DNA from: an uncultured Acidobacteriota bacterium
GTDB taxonomy: Bacteria > Acidobacteriota > Vicinamibacteria > Fen-336
Assembly: GCA_964574335.1 (NCBI GenBank)
Contig: CAZNNH010000003.1
Span: 9,038 to 73,037 of the forward strand
Length of the DNA stretch: 64,000 bases
Direction of reading: 5' to 3'
Each line of letters starts with the position of its first letter. The stretch's first letter is position 1. The position numbers and the translations under genes were made by a program. This document shows positions 1 through 10,665 of this stretch, one piece after another. The notes under the pieces are model-generated. The model had not been told where the DNA came from. It did no database searches and saw only the letters and a list, made by a program, of their open reading frames with translations.

Positions 1-1120
1 CGGCAGCGCCCGGCTCGGCGGCCGCCACCCGGTCCTGGTCCAGAGCATGTGCGCCACAAGGACCCAGGACATCGACCAGACCGTGGCCCAGGCCGAGGCG
101 ATCCGCGAAGCCGGCGGCGGGCTGGTCCGCCTGGCGGTCGACAGCCAGAAGGACGTCGAGGCGCTCGTCGAGATCCGCCGGCAAACCCGCGCCAACCTGG
201 TGGTGGACCTCCAGGAGAGCTATCGGCTCGCGGAGCAGGTGGCGCCTCAGGTGGACAAGATCCGCTACAACCCCGGCCACCTCCACCACCACGAGAGGCG
301 AAAGCCCGTCGCCGACAAGGTGCGCTTCCTGGTGGGGGTGGCCCGCACCTTCGGCATCGCCATCCGGATCGGCGTCAACTGCGGCAGCGTCGACCCGGAG
401 CTCAAGGCGCGTCTTCCGGACGACGACGTCCAGGCGATGGTCGCCTCCGCCCTGCAGCACTGCCGGATGCTCGACGACCTCGGCTTCGACCAGTACCTGG
501 TGAGCCTGAAGGACTCGCACCCGATCAAGGTGATCGAGGCCAACAGCCGCTTCGCGGCGGCGCGCCCCGACGTACCCCTCCACCTGGGGGTGACCGAGGC
601 CGGCCTCCCGCCGGACGGCATCGTCAAGACCCGGGTGGCCTTCGAGCAGCTCCTGTCGCGGGGGATCGGGGACACCATCCGCGTCAGCCTGACCCTTCCC
701 AACCCGCGCAAGCACGAGGAGATCCTGGTGGGTCAGCAGATCCTCGACGACGTCGCCGCCGGCCGCTTCCGCTCGGTGCCGAGCTTCGACGACGACCGGC
801 TCAACGTGATCTCCTGCCCGTCGTGCTCCCGGGTCGAGAACGGGCGTTTCGTCGAGCTCGCCTCGGCGGTCAAGCAGCTCACCGAGTACGCCCAGGCCCA
901 CGCCCTGACCATCGCCGTGATGGGGTGCCGGGTCAACGGCCCTGGCGAGACGGACGATGCCGACCTCGGGCTCTGGTGCGGCCCCACCCGCGTCAACCTG
1001 AAGCGCGGGCCGCACAGCGTGGGCGCCTACACCTACGACGAGATCCTGGATCGGTTGAAGCAGGAGCTGGACGCCCTGCTCGCGGAGCGGGGCGTCACCG
1101 ACCTCCGGTCCCGCGGCTGA
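1..1120 (+). CDS. ispG: 4-hydroxy-3-methylbut-2-enyl diphosphate synthase IspG/GcpE. The 5' end is truncated by the window edge.
   Basis: The translation aligns with E. coli IspG from 'PVLVQSM' (E. coli 'PIAVQSM') onward. Conserved motifs are present: HLGVTEAG, the ISCPSCSR Fe-S cysteines and [10 protein letters not shown]. The frame is open to position 1. Confidence 0.9.
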   Translation, partial: GSARLGGRHPVLVQSMCATRTQDIDQTVAQAEAIREAGGGLVRLAVDSQKDVEALVEIRRQTRANLVVDLQESYRLAEQVAPQVDKIRYNPGHLHHHERRKPVADKVRFLVGVARTFGIAIRIGVNCGSVDPELKARLPDDDVQAMVASALQHCRMLDDLGFDQYLVSLKDSHPIKVIEANSRFAAARPDVPLHLGVTEAGLPPDGIVKTRVAFEQLLSRGIGDTIRVSLTLPNPRKHEEILVGQQILDDVAAGRFRSVPSFDDDRLNVISCPSCSRVENGRFVELASAVKQLTEYAQAHALTIAVMGCRVNGPGETDDADLGLWCGPTRVNLKRGPHSVGAYTYDEILDRLKQELDALLAERGVTDLRSRG

Positions 1121-1139
1121 AGCCGCGGCCCGACCCAGC

Positions 1140-2174
<1,035 letters not shown>

Positions 2175-2515
2175 TCAAGGAGGCGGCTGGCCCACTGGCC
2201 CACGGCGCCCCAAACAAAACGAAGGGATCGCCACCGGCCACCCCAGCCACCCGGTCCCGCGCGGCCCGGCGGCCGGGCGGTCCGTCCGCGCCCGCGGGGG
2301 CTCCCTCCCAACCCCAACGCCCGCTGCCGGAGATCCGGGCTCCTGCTGGGAGCGCGCCTTGATGGTGCGATCCCTCTGCCCCCCAGGCATGCAGGGTCGA
2401 TGCCACTTCCGGGCCTCCCCACCCACGCCTTTTTGAGACAAGGACTTAGCGCCGACTGCCCAAGGTGCGACAGAGGCCCAACGTTGCAGCACCGCAACGT
2501 GTCTTTGTCACTTCC

Positions 2516-3904
2516 TCAACGTTCGGGTCCCAGCGCCGCCCGCCCAGGGGACCGGATCCCGAGCTGGCGCATCTTGCGGTAGAGGTTGGTGCGCTCGATC
2601 CCGAGGTCCTTGGCCGTCCGTGAGAGGCTCCCCTGGTTGGCCGCCAGCCGGTCCAGGATGTACTCCCGCTCGAACTGGGCGCGGGCCTCCCTCAGCGGGA
2701 GCCGCCCGGGCTCGCCGTCCTCGGCCAGCGGCGATTGAAGGGCCTCCATCACCTCGCGGTGGCCGACCACCTCGCCCGGGTTGAGGACCACCAGGCGCTC
2801 CATGAGGTTGCGCAGCTCGCGGACGTTGCCCGGCCAGGGGAGCTGGACCAGGAAATCCACGGCCCGCGGCGACAGCCGCTTGGGGGTGAGGTCGTTCTCG
2901 ATGCTCGACAGGCGGAGGAAGTGGCGGGCCAGCTCGGGGATGTCGTCTCGACGCGACCGGAGCGGGGGCACGGCGATGGTCAGGACGTTGATCCGGTGGT
3001 AGAGGTCCTCGCGAAAATGCCCCTGGGCGCACTCCTCCGGGAGGTTCTTCCCGGTAGCGGCGAGGATTCTCACGTCGACCGGCCGGTTCTCCGAGGCGCC
3101 CACCGGCGCGACCTCGCCCTCCTGCAGGACCCGCAGCAGCTTGGCCTGGGTGGCCAGGCTCATGTCGCCGATCTCGTCGAGGAAAAGCGTCCCCTTGTCG
3201 GCCACCTCGAACTTCCCCTTGCGGTCGGCGAGGGCGCCGGTGAACGCCCCCTTGACGTGGCCGAACATCTCGCTCTCGATCAGCTCCGAGGGGATCGCCG
3301 CGCAGTTGACCTCGGTGAAGGGTCGCTGGCACCGAGGAGAGCGGGCGTGGATGGCGCGCGCGATCAGCTCCTTCCCTGTCCCGCTCTCGCCGCACACCAG
3401 CACCCGGCACTTGGTCGGTGCCGCCATCTCGATGAGCTGGTAGACCCGGCGCATCGGCTCCGAGCTCCCCACCATTCCGAAGCGGCCCCCGTCGGCTCGC
3501 TCTTCGAGGTCCAGCTCCCCGCCCGGCGACCGAGGCTCCAGCAGGCGATCCAGCAGGCCGAGCAGCCTCTCCGAAGGTATCGGCTTCTCGACGTAGTCGG
3601 CGGCGCCCACCCGCATCGCCTCGACCGCCTCGGCGACGCCGCCGAAGCCCGAGATCACCACCACCGGCAGGCCCGGTGCCTGGCGCTGGACCTCTCGCAG
3701 CACGTCGATCCCGGTGCCGTCGGGAAGTCGCAGGTCCAGGATCACGGCGACCGGCCGGCGCTCGGCGAAGGCGCGTAGCCCCTCCCGCGCGCCGGCCGCG
3801 CCGGCGACCTGGTAGCCACGAGACCGCAGCAGATCGAGGCAGGAGCTGCGGACCCGGTCGTCGTCGTCGATCACCAGGATCCGTGGCTCGCGGACGTCAC
3901 CCAT
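2516..3904 (-). CDS. Sigma-54-dependent response regulator (NtrC family): REC, AAA+ sigma-54 activator and Fis-type HTH domains
   Basis: Receiver N-terminus (ILVIDDD...DLRLPDGTG), sigma-54 activator core (GESGTGKELIARAIH, GAFTGA, ESELFGH) and a C-terminal HTH (SRTAKDLGIERTNLYRKM). Confidence 0.85.
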   Translation of the reverse strand: MGDVREPRILVIDDDDRVRSSCLDLLRSRGYQVAGAAGAREGLRAFAERRPVAVILDLRLPDGTGIDVLREVQRQAPGLPVVVISGFGGVAEAVEAMRVGAADYVEKPIPSERLLGLLDRLLEPRSPGGELDLEERADGGRFGMVGSSEPMRRVYQLIEMAAPTKCRVLVCGESGTGKELIARAIHARSPRCQRPFTEVNCAAIPSELIESEMFGHVKGAFTGALADRKGKFEVADKGTLFLDEIGDMSLATQAKLLRVLQEGEVAPVGASENRPVDVRILAATGKNLPEECAQGHFREDLYHRINVLTIAVPPLRSRRDDIPELARHFLRLSSIENDLTPKRLSPRAVDFLVQLPWPGNVRELRNLMERLVVLNPGEVVGHREVMEALQSPLAEDGEPGRLPLREARAQFEREYILDRLAANQGSLSRTAKDLGIERTNLYRKMRQLGIRSPGRAALGPER

Positions 3905-3947
3905 TCCGAGGCCATGCTATCATCGAGTCCCACTCTGGGATTTCGCA

Positions 3948-4457
3948 TTGAGGACGAGTCGAGTCCGAGCAAACGCATGGCCCGGCCGGTGCCTGGCGGG
4001 CGTCGTCTTCGTTGCCCTTACGGGATCCGGGTGCAACGTGGCGCGGCAGGTCGGCCCGGAGGACCCGCCTCTCATCTCCGCGCCGCGGACGGTCTCGGTG
4101 TCGATCGAGTATCGGCAGGATCCCACCTGCTACAACGATCCCGTGCACTGCGGCGACCTGGTAGTCTTCTTCGGGAGCTGGATGCAGCCAGGGGCCGAGT
4201 TCTTCCTGGTCCGGGACCCGACCGGCTGGATCTGGACCGGCACCGCGTACGGTGTCCCCGTCAACTACCCCGGAGTCGATCCCTACCGGGTGCGGGTCTT
4301 TGATCCGCACCTGAAGCAGACGCTGACCGAGGGCTTCACCGCCGAGAGGCTGAGCGTCGGCGGGCAGCCGGTGCTCCGGATCGACCGTCCCGGCGGGCTC
4401 AACGAGGCCGGGCTGATCTTCATCGACGCCAACGGTCAGGGCCGTAACCCCTACTGA
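3948..4457 (+). CDS. Hypothetical lipoprotein
   Basis: N-terminus has a signal peptide with a lipobox (VALTGSGC). The rest has normal, non-repetitive composition. No recognised domain. Confidence 0.5.
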   Translation: MRTSRVRANAWPGRCLAGVVFVALTGSGCNVARQVGPEDPPLISAPRTVSVSIEYRQDPTCYNDPVHCGDLVVFFGSWMQPGAEFFLVRDPTGWIWTGTAYGVPVNYPGVDPYRVRVFDPHLKQTLTEGFTAERLSVGGQPVLRIDRPGGLNEAGLIFIDANGQGRNPY

Positions 4458-4472
4458 GGCGGCGCCGGCCGC

Positions 4473-5774
4473 TCAGCGCTCAGCCGGCACCAGGCCGTGG
4501 CGGCGCAGCAGCTCGACGGCGCGATTGGCCGCGTCGGAGACCCGTGTGCTCGGATCCTGGAGCAGAGGCTCGAGGTACGTGATGGCCGCCGGATCACCCA
4601 GGGCCGCCATCACGTCCGCCAGCCGGGCCCGGATCTCGGCATCGGGGTCGGCCAGGTAGGGATAGAGCTGGGGAAGAATGCCGGGGCCGAGCTCGACCAG
4701 GTACTCGGCGCAGCGCGTGCCCAGAGTCCCCGAGGGCAGGCTCAGCACCAGGGTATCCAGGAACGCCGGGTCTCCCAGGCGCACGATGGCGAAGGCGTAG
4801 GCGATCCGGAGCTCCTCGCTGTGCTCCCGCTGGAAGTCCTTCTTGAAGGCCGTGATCTGGTCCTCGGCCGCGACCCGCGCCAGGCCCTCGATGGCGAGGC
4901 GGCGGTAGGTCTGGTTCGGGTCCTGGACCAGGGAGCGCAGGAACGGGGCCTGCTCGGGGTCCCCGATCCGGCTGATGGCCGTCAAGATCCTCTCGCTCTC
5001 CTCACGCTTCCGGCTGCTCTCCCAGAGCTCGCGGAGCGCCGGCCCCGCCTCCCGCACCCGAAGCGCTCCAATTGCCCTGATGGCGCGGTCCCGCACCTCC
5101 GGCTCGTCGGCGAGCAGCGGGATGAGGCGCTTCCCCTCCTCGGCGGTACCCACCTTCGCAAGCGCGCCGACCGCGGCGGCCCGGACCGAGGCATCCGGAT
5201 CCGCCAGGACCAGCAGCAGCCGATCCACCGCCCCTCGACCGCCCAGGATGCCGATCGCCTGGGCCGCCTCCAGACGCAGGTCCCGCTCCTCGTCCTGGAG
5301 CAGCCCCGCAAGCCCCTCGATCACGGAGGGGTCCACCGGCACGGAGAGCGTGGCACGAGGCTCCTCGTCCGAGAACAGGGTCAGGAAGCGGCCGACCGGG
5401 CCGCTGCGCTCCCGGTCCGTGTAGATCTCCACCAGGCTGCTGACGGCCTGTTCCCGGACCTTCGGCTCACCGTCCGCCAGCGAGGTGACAAGGGCCGGCA
5501 CCCCATCGAGGTCCCGGAGGCGGCGAAGCGCGCGCACCACCGCCAGCCGCACCTTGGCCTCGGGATCGCGGACCAAGGCCGCCAATGGGGCCACCGCCTC
5601 CCGTCGGCGGCTATTGCCGAGCTCCTCGGCAGCCTGCTCGCGGGTCTTGGCGTTGGGGCTCTTCAGGTTGGCCAGCTGCTCGTCGAAGCTGGCCCGAGCT
5701 GCCTGCAGCGGCCAGGCCGGAGCCCAGAGCAGGGCCAGTACGGCCACCAGGCGAACGCCTCGAGTCATCGGCAC
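4473..5774 (-). CDS. Secreted HEAT/PBS-lyase-type repeat protein
   Basis: Signal peptide (LVAVLALLWAPAWPLQAARA) followed by many about 30-aa repeats of the form 'VRxxAxxALGxxGDPxAxxxL', typical of HEAT_2/PBS lyase repeats. Confidence 0.6.
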   Translation of the reverse strand: MPMTRGVRLVAVLALLWAPAWPLQAARASFDEQLANLKSPNAKTREQAAEELGNSRRREAVAPLAALVRDPEAKVRLAVVRALRRLRDLDGVPALVTSLADGEPKVREQAVSSLVEIYTDRERSGPVGRFLTLFSDEEPRATLSVPVDPSVIEGLAGLLQDEERDLRLEAAQAIGILGGRGAVDRLLLVLADPDASVRAAAVGALAKVGTAEEGKRLIPLLADEPEVRDRAIRAIGALRVREAGPALRELWESSRKREESERILTAISRIGDPEQAPFLRSLVQDPNQTYRRLAIEGLARVAAEDQITAFKKDFQREHSEELRIAYAFAIVRLGDPAFLDTLVLSLPSGTLGTRCAEYLVELGPGILPQLYPYLADPDAEIRARLADVMAALGDPAAITYLEPLLQDPSTRVSDAANRAVELLRRHGLVPAER

Positions 5775-5873
5775 CCTCCACGCTTCGGCCCAGCTCCCGG
5801 CGGCGCGAAGCGCCCCGATGATACCAGAAGCCCCCGAAGGGAAAGCCGGCGGCAGACCCGCGTCTCTCGCGGA

Positions 5874-7571
5874 TCAGGACTCCGAGGAGGCCGCCGCAGT
5901 CTGCTCGGCCTTGAGCCGCGCCACGTAGGCCGCCGGGTCGGCAAGCAGCAGCGTGGCGCTCGGCACCAGATCCAGGGCCTTCTGCACCTGGCGATCCCAC
6001 TTGATGGTCCGGCGCCGCGCCTCTCCCTCCCCGAAGACCTGCCGCAGCACCTCCTCGAGGATCAGCCGCGAGATCTCCTGACGGTGCTCCACGAGCTCGG
6101 TCTCGGCGAACGGGATCTTCTGCTCCTCGAGGTAGCCGCGGAAGGCCCGCAGGGTGGCCTCGTCGACCGAGAAGCTCCGGTCGATGACCCGGACCCGTCC
6201 CGGGACCTGCGAGCGGCTGCCGGTGCCGGCGATGTCGACCTCTCCGGTGGCGGACGCCGCCTCGAAGCCGCGCGAGAAGCCCACGAAGGCCTGCCGCCCG
6301 ATCAACGACGAGACGAACTTGCTGGGCGGCTCGGGCGAGACGCACTGGTCCGGGGTGATCCCGTCGCCGCCGTAGACCTGGCGGCCGGTGTCGGTCAGCT
6401 TGACCTCGTCCAGGCCATGGCCGCAGGCGCTGCGGTCGTGCGGGGCGGCGTAGTCCTCGAGCGCCATGGCGCCGTAGTCCCGCTGAATGGAGCGCCCTGA
6501 GGGGGTGTAGTAGCGGGCGGTGGTCAGGGCCAGGGCGTAGCCACGAACGTTCCGCAAGGGCATGATGGTCTGGACCAGCCCCTTGCCGAACGTGGTCTCG
6601 CCGACGATCAGGCCCCGGTCGTGGTCCTGGATGGCGCCGGCCACGATCTCCGACGCGCTGGCGCTGTGGCGCGACACCAGCGCCACCAGCGGCAGGTCGG
6701 AGAACTCGCTGGTGCGCTCGGTGACGTAGTTGGACTCGTCCTGCTTGTAGCGGCCACGCGTGAAGACGACGAGCTGGCCCTTCTTGAGGAAGAGGTTCGA
6801 GACCGCGAACGCCTGGTCGAGCAATCCACCGGGGTTGTCGCGGATGTCCAGGATGACCGAGGTCGCCCCCTGGCCCCGGAGGGAGTGCAGCGCCGTCTCC
6901 AGCTCCTTCTCGCAGCCGTCCCCTTCCCGCGGCCGACAGGCGGTGGTCTCGTTGAAGTCGGTGAGCCGGACGTACCCGGTGCGCTGGTCGAGCATGAACG
7001 CGTAGGGGACCGAGTGCAGCGGGATCTCGTCGCGGATCACGGTGAACTCCAGCGGCTCCGGGTACCCTTCCCGGATGATGGAGATGTGGACCGGCGAACC
7101 CTTCGGTCCACGCAGCCGCTTGACCGCCTGGTCGATGCCGAGGCCCCTGGCGTCCTCCCCTTCGATGCGGCTGATGACATCGCCGGCACGGATGCCCAGC
7201 CGGTGCGCCGGCGTGCCCTCGAACGGAGAGACCACCGTGATGTTGCCGTCGACGGACTGCACCGTGATGCCCAGGCCATAGTAGGAGCCGCGCTGGCGCT
7301 CCTGGAGGCTCGAGTACTGGCGGACCTCCAGGAAGTTGGAGTGGGGGTCGAGGGTCCTGAGCATCTCACGGATCGAGGCCGCCACCAGCCGCTCCGGCGG
7401 CGTCTCGTCCACGTACTGGTCCTGGATCGTCCCCAGGATCGCCGTGTACAGGCGGAGGTGTCCGTCGAGGCGCTCGGGATCCGCCATCACGCTCTCGCCC
7501 AGCCACCCGCCGGTCAGCGCGGACGCCGCCACGATCCCGAGACACAGCACGCCCAGCCGCCGGCTCCTCAC
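5874..7571 (-). CDS. Carboxyl-terminal processing peptidase (S41 family) with a PDZ domain
   Basis: PDZ region (GLGITVQSVDG...PAHRLGIRAGDVISRIEG) and the S41 catalytic region (ILDIRDNPGGLLDQA, SASASEIVAGAIQD, ETTFGKG). An N-terminal signal peptide is present. Confidence 0.85.
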   Translation of the reverse strand: MRSRRLGVLCLGIVAASALTGGWLGESVMADPERLDGHLRLYTAILGTIQDQYVDETPPERLVAASIREMLRTLDPHSNFLEVRQYSSLQERQRGSYYGLGITVQSVDGNITVVSPFEGTPAHRLGIRAGDVISRIEGEDARGLGIDQAVKRLRGPKGSPVHISIIREGYPEPLEFTVIRDEIPLHSVPYAFMLDQRTGYVRLTDFNETTACRPREGDGCEKELETALHSLRGQGATSVILDIRDNPGGLLDQAFAVSNLFLKKGQLVVFTRGRYKQDESNYVTERTSEFSDLPLVALVSRHSASASEIVAGAIQDHDRGLIVGETTFGKGLVQTIMPLRNVRGYALALTTARYYTPSGRSIQRDYGAMALEDYAAPHDRSACGHGLDEVKLTDTGRQVYGGDGITPDQCVSPEPPSKFVSSLIGRQAFVGFSRGFEAASATGEVDIAGTGSRSQVPGRVRVIDRSFSVDEATLRAFRGYLEEQKIPFAETELVEHRQEISRLILEEVLRQVFGEGEARRRTIKWDRQVQKALDLVPSATLLLADPAAYVARLKAEQTAAASSES

Positions 7572-7646
7572 CTGATCTCCCTCATGGTTTGCATGTTAGC
7601 AGAGCTGGCGACCCCCACAAACCACCGTCGGGGCGCCGGCGCGGGG

Positions 7647-8369
7647 TCAGAACTTGAGCCGGAAGCCGAGCGTGGCGCTGGCGCCCGAGAGGTCGACCCG
7701 CAAGCCCCGGAAGTCCTCGCCCAGGTCGGCCTGGGCCCACTGGTACCGCCCCTCGAGGACCAGGCTGAAGTCGTCGTTCAGGGGGACTCGGACCCCACCG
7801 AGCACGTGAGCGCCCACCGTGGTCCCCTCCGAGAGGAAGGAGTCCTCGTAGACGGCAAAGCTGTCGTCGCTCGGATCATAGCTCTCGTAGTCGACGAACT
7901 CGCCGTACTCCTCGTACTTCCAGAAGACGACGTCACCCCCGACCCCGACGTAGGGCACAACGGACGCCCTCGGACCGGTCGGGAGGAAGCGCACCGAGAA
8001 GCCCAGCGGAACGACCTCCAGCGAGAGCGACTGCAGGATCTCCCGCCCGCTCTCGTAGGTGAAGTCCCGGGAGGAGGTGTGGAGCGTGCGCCCGTAGCCG
8101 TCGAGGTGGAACCCCAGCTCGACGTTTCGGGCCACCGCCATGTTCCACTCGATCCCGCCGGTCCAGCCGTCCCAGTCGGACCTCTTGAGATCGCGACCGT
8201 CGTACGAGTACAGCTCGGCGTCGTCCCGGAACAGGCTGCTGTCGGCGGCCGGGAAGAACCGCCCGCCCCGAACCTCCAGCCCGCCCCCGGCGGCCGGGCT
8301 CGGAACGGCGGCGGCCACCACTACGGCTCCCATCAGGGCGACGATCGTCCTCTTCATCGCTACCTCCAT
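7647..8369 (-). CDS. Outer-membrane beta-barrel protein (OmpW/OmpA-like beta-barrel)
   Basis: Signal peptide, alternating amphipathic beta-strand pattern, Gly/Tyr-rich, and a C-terminal 'GFRLKF' ending in Phe as expected for an OMP sorting signal. The start may instead be the internal MKRT at 8354. Confidence 0.6.
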   Translation of the reverse strand: MEVAMKRTIVALMGAVVVAAAVPSPAAGGGLEVRGGRFFPAADSSLFRDDAELYSYDGRDLKRSDWDGWTGGIEWNMAVARNVELGFHLDGYGRTLHTSSRDFTYESGREILQSLSLEVVPLGFSVRFLPTGPRASVVPYVGVGGDVVFWKYEEYGEFVDYESYDPSDDSFAVYEDSFLSEGTTVGAHVLGGVRVPLNDDFSLVLEGRYQWAQADLGEDFRGLRVDLSGASATLGFRLKF

Positions 8370-8556
8370 TTGGCGGCCCCTCGTAAGACCTCGCCGCCAC
8401 TGCGCCTCGGATTTGCAGGAACGGTGCCAGCCGACCCGCAGGCCGAAATCGTTGTTTCGCGGCGTCTCGGCCCTTGGCCCTCGCGGCCCTTTGTCCTTTC
8501 TGGAGGACGCAGAAGGGGCCAGCGGGTGAGCTCAGGAGCCGGGTCGGAGGTGGGGT

Positions 8557-8632
8557 TGGAGGCGGCGAGCGGATTTGAACCGCTGAATAGAGGTTTTGCA
8601 GACCTCCGCCTTAACCACTTGGCTACGCCGCC
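8557..8632 (-). tRNA. tRNA-Cys (GCA)
   Basis: The reverse complement reads GGCGGCGTAGCCAAGTGGTTAAGGCGGAGGTCTGCAAAACCTCTATTCAGCGGTTCAAATCCGCTCGCCGCCTCCA. It folds as a cloverleaf with a 7-bp acceptor stem, anticodon stem GAGGT/ACCTC, loop CTGCAAA (anticodon GCA), T-arm AGCGG-TTCAAAT-CCGCT and an encoded CCA. Confidence 0.9.
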
Positions 8633-8740
8633 TTCCTCGCCAGAATATAGAAGACTCTTAGGCTGGGATCAAGGCGCGCCCCAACCGGCGCGCGGTTTGA
8701 CGCGAAGCCGCCGGCAACGGTAGGATACTGCCTCGTCGGA

Positions 8741-8815
8741 GCGGGAATAACTCAGTGGTAGAGTGCGACCTTGCCAAGGTCGAAGTCGCGGGTTCGAATC
8801 CCGTTTCCCGCTCCA
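8741..8815 (+). tRNA. tRNA-Gly (GCC)
   Basis: GCGGGAATAACTCAGTGGTAGAGTGCGACCTTGCCAAGGTCGAAGTCGCGGGTTCGAATCCCGTTTCCCGCTCCA. Acceptor GCGGGAA/TTCCCGC, D-stem ACTC/GAGT, anticodon stem CGACC/GGTCG with loop TTGCCAA (anticodon GCC), T-loop TTCGAAT and an encoded CCA. Confidence 0.9.
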
Positions 8816-8862
8816 GCCACCCCGTCGCCGGGCCTTCCCCAGCCTGACCCCGGCAGTCGTCC

Positions 8863-9267
8863 TCAGACGCCCCGCGAGTCGAAGGCCCCCGGGTCGTGGC
8901 GCACCTTGGGCCCGGACGCGCCGCAATCGACCGAGATCACGTCGAAGCGGATGGGGGTCTCGAGCAGCTCGTGCGCAGAGGCATAGGCGTAGGCTGCCCG
9001 AATCACCCGTTGCCGCTTGGCCGGCGTGACTGCCTCGTGCCCGGCCCCGTGACCGGGACCGGTCCTCGTCTTCACCTCGACAAAGACCGTCAGGTCGCCC
9101 TGCCGGGCGACCACGTCGATCTCGCCGAGGCGGCATCGGTAGTTCCGTTCGACGATGTCGTAGCCGTGGGCGAGGAGGTGCCGGCAGGCCACCTCCTCAC
9201 CTTTGCGGCCCGCCGCCCCCGAGCCGCGGGCGCCGGCCAGCCAACGCCTCAGCGCTGCCGCCGCCAC
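8863..9267 (-). CDS. yraN: YraN-family (UPF0102) predicted endonuclease
   Basis: 134 aa. 'GEEVACRHLLAHGYDIVERNYRCRLGEIDVVARQGDLTVFVEVKTR' matches the YraN/UPF0102 core (GxxGExxAxxxLxxxGYxIxxRNxR...GEIDxIA...VFVEVKxR). The annotated start overlaps the cysS 3' end by 19 nt, so the true start may be slightly downstream. Confidence 0.7.
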   Translation of the reverse strand: MAAAALRRWLAGARGSGAAGRKGEEVACRHLLAHGYDIVERNYRCRLGEIDVVARQGDLTVFVEVKTRTGPGHGAGHEAVTPAKRQRVIRAAYAYASAHELLETPIRFDVISVDCGASGPKVRHDPGAFDSRGV

Positions 9268-10646
9268 CTGGTCCCCTTGGGTGTGTCCTCCAGCACCACC
9301 CCCAGCCCCTCGAGCTGTGTCCGAAGGGCGTCGGCGGTCCGGAAGTCCCGCTCCCGGCGGGCCCGCTCGCGCCCGTCCAGCAGGGCCTGCTCCTCCGCGC
9401 TCAGCCGCTCGGTCGCCTCCGGCAACAGCACCGCAAAGACCTCGTTCATCGACCGCAGCCGGCCCAGCAGCACGGCGGCCCCATCTCGGGTCAGCTCGCC
9501 CTCCGCCAGCAGCCGATTGCCTTCGCCGACCAGGATGTGGACCGCAGCCAGCGCCTCAGGGGTGTTGAGGTCGTCGGCCAGCGCGGCCTCGAAGGTCTGG
9601 CAGGCTCTCGCGCAGGCCTCCTGGACGGCGTCGCCGGCCGGCCCCGGCCGCTCCACCTCCTCCAGCCGACGCACCAGGCCGTACAGCCGGTCGAGGGCCG
9701 CTTCCGAGTGGGCCAATCCCTCGAAGGTGAAGTTGAGCTGCTTGCGATAGTGGGCCTGGCTCAGCAGGTAACGGATCGCCGCCGGCCGGTGGCCACGCGC
9801 CAGCAGGTCGGGCAGGGTGAAGAAGTTGCCCTTGCTCTTCGACATCGTCTCGTTGCCGACCAGCAGGTGCTCGACGTGCATCCAATGTCGTACGAAGGGC
9901 TGGCCGGTCCCGCAGTAGCTCTGAGCGATCTCGTTCTCGTGATGGGGAAAGACGAGGTCGACGCCGCCGCAGTGAAGATCGAGCGTCGGCCCCAGGTACT
10001 TCATCCCCATCGCCGAGCACTCGATGTGCCAGCCGGGTCGTCCACGCCCGAACGGCGCCTCCCACTGGGCCCACGCCGGCTCGTCGGACTTGGCCTTCCA
10101 CAAGACGAAGTCGCGCGCGTCTTGCTTCTCGTACTTGTCCGTGTCGACCCGGACCCCGGCCTGGATTCCGGCCACGTCGAGGCGCGAGAGGCGCCCGTAC
10201 TCGGGGAAGGACGAGATCCGAAAGTAGATGCTGCCTTCGGCCTCGTAGGTATGCCCACGCTCGATCAGCCGCTCGATCAGCTCGATCATCTCGGGCACGT
10301 GCTCGGTGGCCCGGGGCAGGAACTCGGGGCGCTCCATACGCAGCGTCTCGAAGTCCTCCTCGAAGGCGCGGATGTGCGCCTCGGTGAACTCGCCGAGGCT
10401 GACGCCGGCCGCCTGCGCCTTCTGGATGATCCGGTCGTCGACGTCCGTGATGTTCAGCACGTGGCGGACCCTGAGCCCCCGCTGGCGCAGGAACCGCCGC
10501 AGGATGTCGGTGACGACCAGCGTCCGGTAGTTTCCGATGTGGCCTCGATCGTAGACGGTGAGGCCGCACACGTACATGGTCAGGTCGGGCGGTGAGAGCG
10601 GCACCAGCTCCTCGACCTGCGCCGTCAGCGTGTTGTGCAAGCGCAC
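9249..10646 (-). CDS. cysS: Cysteinyl-tRNA synthetase
   Basis: Class I aaRS motifs: HIGH ('GHIGNYRT') and KMSKS ('KSKGN'). Cys-specific zinc-binding and anticodon-binding regions are present. The most likely start is the GTG at 10646-10644 ('VRLHNTLTAQ'), which gives a typical CysS N-terminus. The upstream ATG at 10718 would add a 22-aa Arg/Ser-rich extension. Confidence 0.9.
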   Translation of the reverse strand: MRLHNTLTAQVEELVPLSPPDLTMYVCGLTVYDRGHIGNYRTLVVTDILRRFLRQRGLRVRHVLNITDVDDRIIQKAQAAGVSLGEFTEAHIRAFEEDFETLRMERPEFLPRATEHVPEMIELIERLIERGHTYEAEGSIYFRISSFPEYGRLSRLDVAGIQAGVRVDTDKYEKQDARDFVLWKAKSDEPAWAQWEAPFGRGRPGWHIECSAMGMKYLGPTLDLHCGGVDLVFPHHENEIAQSYCGTGQPFVRHWMHVEHLLVGNETMSKSKGNFFTLPDLLARGHRPAAIRYLLSQAHYRKQLNFTFEGLAHSEAALDRLYGLVRRLEEVERPGPAGDAVQEACARACQTFEAALADDLNTPEALAAVHILVGEGNRLLAEGELTRDGAAVLLGRLRSMNEVFAVLLPEATERLSAEEQALLDGRERARRERDFRTADALRTQLEGLGVVLEDTPKGTRWRRQR

Positions 10647-10665
10647 CTTGACCCTCTCCAAGCCG

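Noticed and set aside
1121-1139. Bidirectional terminator hairpin between convergent ispG and gmd
   Set aside because: There is only a weak 6-bp stem (cggccc...gggccg) with a 12-nt loop and no U-tract. It is too weak to call.
2470-2486. Sigma-54 promoter (GG-N-GC) next to the NtrC-family regulator
   Set aside because: The GG to GC spacing is 9 rather than 10 nt, and it is oriented antisense to the adjacent gene. It is not convincing.
8669-9136. ORFs overlapping the tRNA-Cys and tRNA-Gly loci, and 48236-48427 overlapping tRNA-Glu
   Set aside because: They overlap well-formed tRNA cloverleafs. The translations are Arg/Pro-rich, and 'MKIAGSNPARVATSD' is simply the translated T-arm.
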